NCBI RefSeq assembly: GCF_001194135.2 | Contig: NC_069010.1 | Span: forward strand, 275,958-317,195 | Source: Octopus bimaculoides | Lineage: Eukaryota | Direction of reading: 5' to 3' | DNA: 41,238 nucleotides | Shown here: in pieces, positions 34,780 through 41,238 of the stretch | How positions within the stretch are numbered: the stretch's first letter is position 1 | Layout of the letters: every line of letters starts with the position of its first letter | Notes under the pieces: generated by a model | What the model was told of the DNA's origin: nothing | The model's database searches: none | Seen by the model: only the letters and a program-made list of their open reading frames with translations | Made by a program: the position numbers and the translations under genes

Positions 34780-36080
34780 CATGTCTTTCGTTTGTTTCTT
34801 CTGATCTCACTATTTTTTTTTTCATTTTTCCTGATAAACTCGTCCGTTTCTGCCTCAATTTTATTTCCTCCAATATGACAAGCAATTCACGTACAACGTT
34901 CCACAATATACTTTTTTATTTCATTTTCGGCTCTTATCGCCGCTACCCGTGTGTCTTCTAGTAGTTCACTGTATTTTGGTATTACACTCGACAAACCATT
35001 TGCATGTCCCAATTTTTTAGATGGAAAATACTACATCTTGAAGTCATAATTCAATAAGATCATTTCCCGCTGCCGGAGTCTGTTGGCTGTAAGTGTGGGA
35101 ATACTCTTTTTTGATCCATAGATTGACAATAAAGGGCAGTGGTCAGCAGACGGAATCGTCTTCCCTGTATAAATTTATGGAATTACCTTACTGCAAATTT
35201 GATGGCTAATGCTTCTTTATTTGACTGTAACTTTTCTCAGCCGGCAATAAGGAGCGCAAAGCGTGAGATAGAGCTTTCACGATACCATCTTCATATTTAT
35301 GTAAAACCACAGCTCCAGTACCACTTTCACTAGCGTTTGATGCCACAACCATTTCTAAATTTGGGTAAAAATGTGATAAAGACAATCCTGATGTTAAGCT
35401 ATTTTTAATATCTTTAAAATATTTTTGGCACTTGTCCGACCAGTTCCACTTAATGTATTTTTTAACAAATTATTTAGGGATGCTTCCAAATCTTGTTTGT
35501 CGGGTGAGGCATAATTTTTATTGGACTCGCCTCTGACGGGCGTGGTCTACGTCTATTTTTATCTATAATCTGCCCTAGATATTTTATTCTTGGCATAAAA
35601 AATTCACACTATTCCTAGCTAAGCTTGAAGTCATAATCGTTTATTTTTTCGAAGACTTTTTAACATGCTCAGCATGCTGACCACGAGATTCACTTTTTTC
35701 AGTATGTCGTCAGAGTAAGCTATTGCGAAATTCGAATCTGCGAGCATAGTGTCCACAACTTGCTGGAAATTACCTAGAGCTAGCTTAATACCAAAGAGAA
35801 GTCGATTAAATTTATACAATCCTTTATTGGTATTTATCGTTAGTAATTTTGAACATTTCTCATCAACTTGTAGCTGTAGGTATGTTTCAGATTGGTTTAA
35901 CTTCGAAAACATTTTCCTCCAAATCCGCAAAAATTTCTTCCGGATTTGGTAACGGGTAATTATATGGTATCAAATATTCGTTTATCTCTCTTGAATACTC
36001 AACACATACGCAGATCTTTTTTCTTGATATAAACTGTTGGGAACGCCCATTCAGCGTAGTCAAGTTTTTCAATAACCCGA
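34780..36080 (-). mobile_element. Gypsy pol fragment (RT, RNase H), degenerate; same lineage as 6736-8100
   Basis: YPLPNPEEIF, YLQLQVDEKCSKLLTINT..GLYKFNRL, AYSDDIL, VASNASESGTGAV, KEALAI. Confidence 0.85.
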
Positions 36081-36341
36081 AGCTCCTCAAGTATTGCTCT
36101 TATCCTGCGATAACATTTTCTTCTGATCCTTTCCCTCATCACTGAATGTTTGATTCCGTTCCCCTTCAATTACCCCTAGGTATTTGTAGCTCTCCGCTGG
36201 TTCTAACTCCTTTATGACATTCTGCTGATGAAGGTTAACGTTAGATGTTTCTGTCATTTTCCCTTTGCTAAATGTAGCTTTTGCACATTTATCGAAACCA
36301 AATTGCATCCTGATGTCATCACTGAATTGTTTAACAATTGC

Positions 36342-36379
<38 letters not shown>

Positions 36380-37300
36380 ATAATAATATTTATAGGACTG
36401 AGGTAACTCCTCCAGAAGATATAGAAGCAAAAAAAGGAGGAGTGCCATTGTCATCAAGCGAACGGTATTTCGATATCTCGTGTATCTTCCACAGGTTCAA
36501 AAACTAAACGTATCAATCTACTTCATTTTGCTAAAATAATAATTATTATTTAATGTTTGACATTTGCTTTCCATTTGTACAAGTTGACTCCAAGTCTCAT
36601 CCAGAGATCTCAAGAGACATCAAGCTAGAAGTTCATGTTGGTGTTATACCTAATATGTCATATATTTGCTTTTGTACATAGTGTTGTTCTAGAGAATGTT
36701 TAAGAAAACAAGAAAATTATGAGTTGTTTTAAAATTTGAGATTACATAGACAGTTTTTTTACGTAGGATATAGGCAGTTCCCATGAGCACTATCTTTTGA
36801 ATTTCTACCATTTTGAGGTTTCGTGGTATCTGTGCTAGATAGCAATCATCCCCTTTTGCTATCATTCCTAGGGCGCCTATGATAGCAGGTATTGTTTTTG
36901 TCTTCAGGTTCCACATTTTGCTAATTTCTATTTCAAGATCTTCATATTTGCTCAGTTTTTGGTAGGTCTTGACAGATACGTTTATATCGATTGGAACAGT
37001 CATATCAATGAGGAGGCATGATTTTTGTCTGAAGTCTTTCAATATAATGTCTGGCCTATTTGCGTCTATCTTTCTGTCAGATTGAATGGTGAAGTTTCAG
37101 AGGAATGCAATGTGATCCTTTTCATGCACCAGTTTTTATCATGGACAAGTCCAGGTTATTGCAAATTACCCAGTGAATATATTGTGCAGTTCTATAATGC
37201 CTGTTGAGATACTCTGTAGGCGCAAGAAGACTGCACATGGAGACAAAATGATCAATGACTTCATTTTGTTGTTGACGTACACATGTTGGACAGCTGCCGT
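36080..37300 (-). mobile_element. RLE non-LTR fragments (RT end 36080-36340; endonuclease 36690-37300)
   Basis: MQFGFDKCAKATF..ESYKYLGVIE; LLIDMTVPIDINVSVKTYQKLSKYEDLEIEI..IIGALG. Confidence 0.75.
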
Positions 37301-37324
37301 TCTTTAATATATTGGCCTGGTAGT

Positions 37325-37378
37325 AAGGCGGTGAGCTGGCAGAAACGTTAGCACGCCGGGCGAACTGATTAGCGGTAT
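37325..37378 (+). mobile_element. 5' half of a SINE split by an insertion; 3' half at 39208-39328
   Basis: aaggcggtgagctggcagaaacgttagcacgccgggcgaactgattagcggtat, continuing as cggtatttcgtctgcc...gagttcaaattccgccgagg...taatcgactt. Confidence 0.9.
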
Positions 37379-39207
37379 AAAGGCTCTGTGAATTATTGTG
37401 AATACTGTTGTGTTACTTTGTGAAAACTATGTGAATTGTCTCGGTAAATAATTGTGATTTTTGTGGAATTATTGCTGTTACGTTTCACGCGAGCTGCTGC
37501 ATTTTCCCCAGCTATGGCAAGTGGTAGTGTCTCCAGTATGGAAAGCTACGGTAGGGCCACTGCAGTGAGGACGCCAGTGTCGCTGGAAACCAAGTTGGAT
37601 ATGGAAGAGGTGACCAGAGGCAGGAATTTGATAGAAGTTGAGGGAGACTCATACAAATTGTGCCTCCTAAAAGAGACTAAAGAAAACAAAATTCTGAGGA
37701 CAGTTGTGTATCGTACACCGGCTGTCGAAACCTGTAAAATTGAAATGGTGACGGAAGAGGAAATCGAGGAGTGCCTGGGTGAAATTGTGAATGAAGCCAC
37801 GTACATCAACAGAGGAAGAAAGTTCGGTACGGTAGAGGTGAGGTTCGCCACTATAGAAGAGGCAACCAAACATGCGACCAACATTCTAAGAAGTACAAAA
37901 ATAGCATTACTACCAAGTTATAGAGGAATAGGAAGTGTGAAAATACGTATTCNNNNNNNNNNNNNNNNNNNNNNNNNNNNNNNNNNNNNNNNNNNNNNNN
38001 NNNNNNNNNNNNNNNNNNNNNNNNNNNNNNNNNNNNNNNNNNNNNNNNNNNNNNNNNNNNNNNNNNNNNNNNNNNNNNNNNNNNNNNNNNNNNNNNNNNN
38101 NNNNNNNNNNNNNNNNNNNNNNNNNNNNNNNNNNNNNNNNNNNNNNNNNNNNNNNNNNNNNNNNNNNNNNNNAGAGTGGTTGGTTGCAATAGTGCTGGCT
38201 GCAACGAAGGAGGATCCGGAATTGGGACCAGTGGCGAAATCAGAAGTGCGCAAATGGTGGGGATTTGGACTCGATATGTGGCTTTTTTCCACATTTGAGG
38301 ACATAGAAGGAATTCCCTACCAGATAGAAGTTGAGGATGAGAGAACGTTAAATGTTGTAGTCGAGAGAAGGAAACCAAATTGCTACGTATGCGGGAAAAG
38401 AGGTCATATGAAGACCAAATGCCTCCTATATGAGTTCACACAGCCACAGCAAGAGAAAGCACAAGCAGAGGAGGAAAACATTGTAGACCACACTGAGGAA
38501 ATGAAAAAGAGACAGAAGTGTGAAACAGAGAAAACAAAGGAGAAGAACGAAAATGGAAATACTAACCCTAAAAGCGAAGGAAAAAATAAGTCAAAGGAAC
38601 GGTCAACAGAAAACAAAAAAAAAAGAGATAGAAAAGCCAGAAACTAATAATGTACAAGAAGAGGAGGAGACAACGGATAAAGATGTGAAACTCAAGGGGG
38701 TTTTGATAAAATACGAGAATTGCGAGCAGATGGAGAGAAAGGTCGAGAGGTTGGAGGAAATAATAAGAGTGAAGATGCCAGAGAAATGTGCTGAGAAATG
38801 CATTTTGATACATGAGGAAAACTACTGGGAGTACATAGAAAAACTTGGTGAAAATATAACGAAACGAGTATGATTGGGGGAGACACCACCCCTAGAACTG
38901 ATTATTTGCAGTTGATAAGGACGGACGTAACAATGGTTAATGGGAGAAAGGTAACGCGAGTGTTTGAATTTTTTGAGTTACAAAACCGTTAAAATGTTTA
39001 CATGACGTTGAACGTAAAAGTGAAAAACTGGATAAATGTAACCACCCGACTTCGGGGTCGAGTGGACATTGCGCCTCATCTTTTTCATTCTTGCATATTA
39101 TCATTTTATTTTAATTACCCCGATTTTATGTTTGCGTTTTGTATTGTCTTTATGTTTTGTGATGTCTTAAAATTATTTGTATAGCCCTTTATGGGTAATA
39201 AAGAAAT
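37379..39207 (+). mobile_element. ORF1-only non-LTR retroelement with 6-bp TSD and polyadenylation signal
   Basis: TSD CGGTAT at 37373-37378 and 39208-39213; ATG at 37514; CCHC knuckle CYVCGKRGHMKTKC, charged region, frameshift in an A-run at ~38615; AATAAA at 39197-39202; no RT or endonuclease. Confidence 0.8.
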
Positions 39208-39837
39208 CGGTATTTCGTCTGCCCCTACGTTCTGAGTTCAAATTCCGCCGAGGTCAACTTAGCTTTTCATCCTTTCGGGGTCGATTAAATAAGTACCAGT
39301 TATGCACTGGGGTCGACATAATCGACTTNNNNNNNNNNNNNNNNNNNNNNNNNNNNNNNNNNNNNNNNNNNNNNNNNNNNNNNNNNNNNNNNNNNNNNNN
39401 NNNNNNNNNNNNNNNNNNNNNNNNNNNNNNNNNNNNNNNNNNNNNNNNNNNNNNNNNNNNNNNNNNNNNNNNNNNNNNNNNNNNNNNNNNNNNNNNNNNN
39501 NNNNNNNNNNNNNNNNNNNNNNNNNNNNNNNNNNNNNNNNNNNNNNNNNNNNNNNNNNNNNNNNNNNNNNNNNNNNNNNNNNNNNNNNNNNNNNNNNNNN
39601 NNNNNNNNNNNNNNNNNNNNNNNNNNNNNNNNNNNNNNNNNNNNNNNNNNNNNNNNNNNNNNNNNNNNNNNNNNNNNNNNNNNNNNNNNNNNNNNNNNNN
39701 NNNNNNNNNNNNNNNNNNNNNNNNNNNNNNNNNNNNNNNNNNNNNNNNNNNNNNNNNNNNNNNNNNNNNNNNNNNNNNNNNNNNNNNNNNNNNNNNNNNN
39801 NNNNNNNNNNNNNNNNNNNNNNNNNNNNNNNNNNNNN

Positions 39838-41238
39838 ACTTTCTCTCACTCTTTCTTCCTGTTTCTGTTGTACCTGTATTTCAAAGGGCCAGCCTTGTCA
39901 CGCTGTTTCACGCTGGATATCTCCGAGAACTTCGTCAAGGGTACATGTATCTGTGGAGTGTTCAGCCACTTGCACGTTAATTTCACGTGCAGGCTGTTCC
40001 GTTGATCGGATCAACTGGCACCCTCGACGTCGTAAGCGACGGAGTGCCAACACACACTAGTACGTCTAATTCTGGAATTTGTTGTATTTGGAATTCAGTT
40101 AGATATTCCTTTGTCTGTTTTGTTACTGAGTATGATGCTTTCTTGTTTTCATGTTTTGAGACAAGCTTCAACATCCAGTCCTCAGAGTTTTTCAGGTAGG
40201 TGTCTAGGCCAATTGTGGCAATATTCATTGTTAATGCCAGTTGTAAAAGTCCACGGTCTCCCTATTTTCTTGGCAGATAAAGTCGTTCTATATCTGACAT
40301 AGGGGGTGCATTCTATGCATTGTCAACAGTTTTTGTATTTTTCTGTCAACATTACATATTTCAGTAATTGATCAGTTAATGATATCGAAACTGTAAGTCA
40401 CGACTGCTTTAGCATTGATCGCTTCGATCCTGTTTCTTGCATTCAGCTCTGTCTTGAGTATTGCTCTCACTCCGCGATAATATTCTCTTCTGATCCTTTC
40501 CCTCATCACTGAATGTTTGATTCCTTCCCCTGCAATTATCCGTAGGTATTTGTAGCTTTCCGCTGGTTCTAACTCTTTTATGACATTTTGCTGGTCAAGC
40601 TTAACGTTAGATGTTTCTGTCAATGTTTCTTTGATAAAGGTAGCTTTTGCACATTTACCGAGGCCAAAGTACATCCTGATGTCATCCCTGAATTGTTTAA
40701 CAATCGCTAGTAAGCCCTTGAATTGTTGGTCATTTTTTACAAATAGCTCTAAATCATCCATGTAAATGAGATGATTTATATTTTTATCAAACATTTTATA
40801 ATCGTACTGTGCATCATTGAGCAATTTTGAGAGAGGTATTAGGGCTAAACAAAAGAGGAGTGGTGATAGTGAGTCACCCTGGAAAATGCCACTTGAAATA
40901 CTTACAGCTCCAGCATTTAGAGATTCATTGTCACTGTTCAAAGTCAGTGTGGTTGTCCATGATCTCAAACTTGCAGACAAAAAGTTTCGTAGAGTAGGAG
41001 CTATTTTATTTTATTTTATTTTATTTCCAGACGTTTCTTAATCCATCTTTGTGGTAGGCTATCAAAAGCTTTTTTATAGTCTATCCAGGCTATTGACAAG
41101 TTTTTGCGTCGTTTATGACAATTATCTGAGATCATCTTATTGATGAGTAACTGATCTTTACAACCATAAGATCCACGTTTACATCCTTTTTGCTCATTTG
41201 GAAATATGCTACTTTCTATTTAAAAAAAAAACTATAGC
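39838..41238 (-). mobile_element. RLE non-LTR RT and post-RT region
   Basis: SGIFQGDSLSPLLFCLAL, NHLIYMDDLELF, GLGKC, YKYL, RLYLS..KNR.T. Confidence 0.9.

Noticed and set aside
39051-39061. ttcggggtcga shared between the ORF1-element 3' UTR and the SINE body
   Set aside because: An 11-nt match is too short to support shared ancestry or a shared recognition motif.

Overview
Eukaryotic, AT-rich, repeat-dense draft-assembly DNA with 8 N-gaps. The SINE and microsatellite content suggests an octopus-like cephalopod (inference, not verified). Most of the ORF track is artefact from N-runs and (ATC)n/(CTT)n microsatellites. The host genes are small spliced exons the track misses, all on the + strand. 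(1) Three exons of a family-2/adhesion-type GPCR 7TM domain: TM3 553-697, TM4 2697-2769, TM7 from 15112. (2) Ten 72-nt, phase-2/phase-2 exons that each encode exactly one 24-aa leucine-rich repeat: L1-L9 in a tandem array at 16191-24814 and a divergent L10 at 31189-31260. In L1-L9 six framework codons are invariant even at synonymous sites, while the predicted ligand-facing residues differ between nearly every exon. Each exon sits in ~120-130 nt of conserved intronic flank. These flanks contain a complementary 14-nt pair (CAATGTTTAATATT after the donor, AATATTGAACATTG before the acceptor), and every substitution in the intact arms keeps G-U pairing on the transcribed strand. This is a candidate diversified LRR-cassette receptor with Dscam-like RNA-pairing exon choice and/or exon shuffling; it is a hypothesis that needs transcript and population data. 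The rest is transposon debris: a Ty3/Gypsy element nested in an RLE-type non-LTR element, further RLE LINE and Gypsy fragments, a near-full-length mariner, tRNA-derived SINEs, and an ORF1-only retroelement inserted with a TSD into a SINE.
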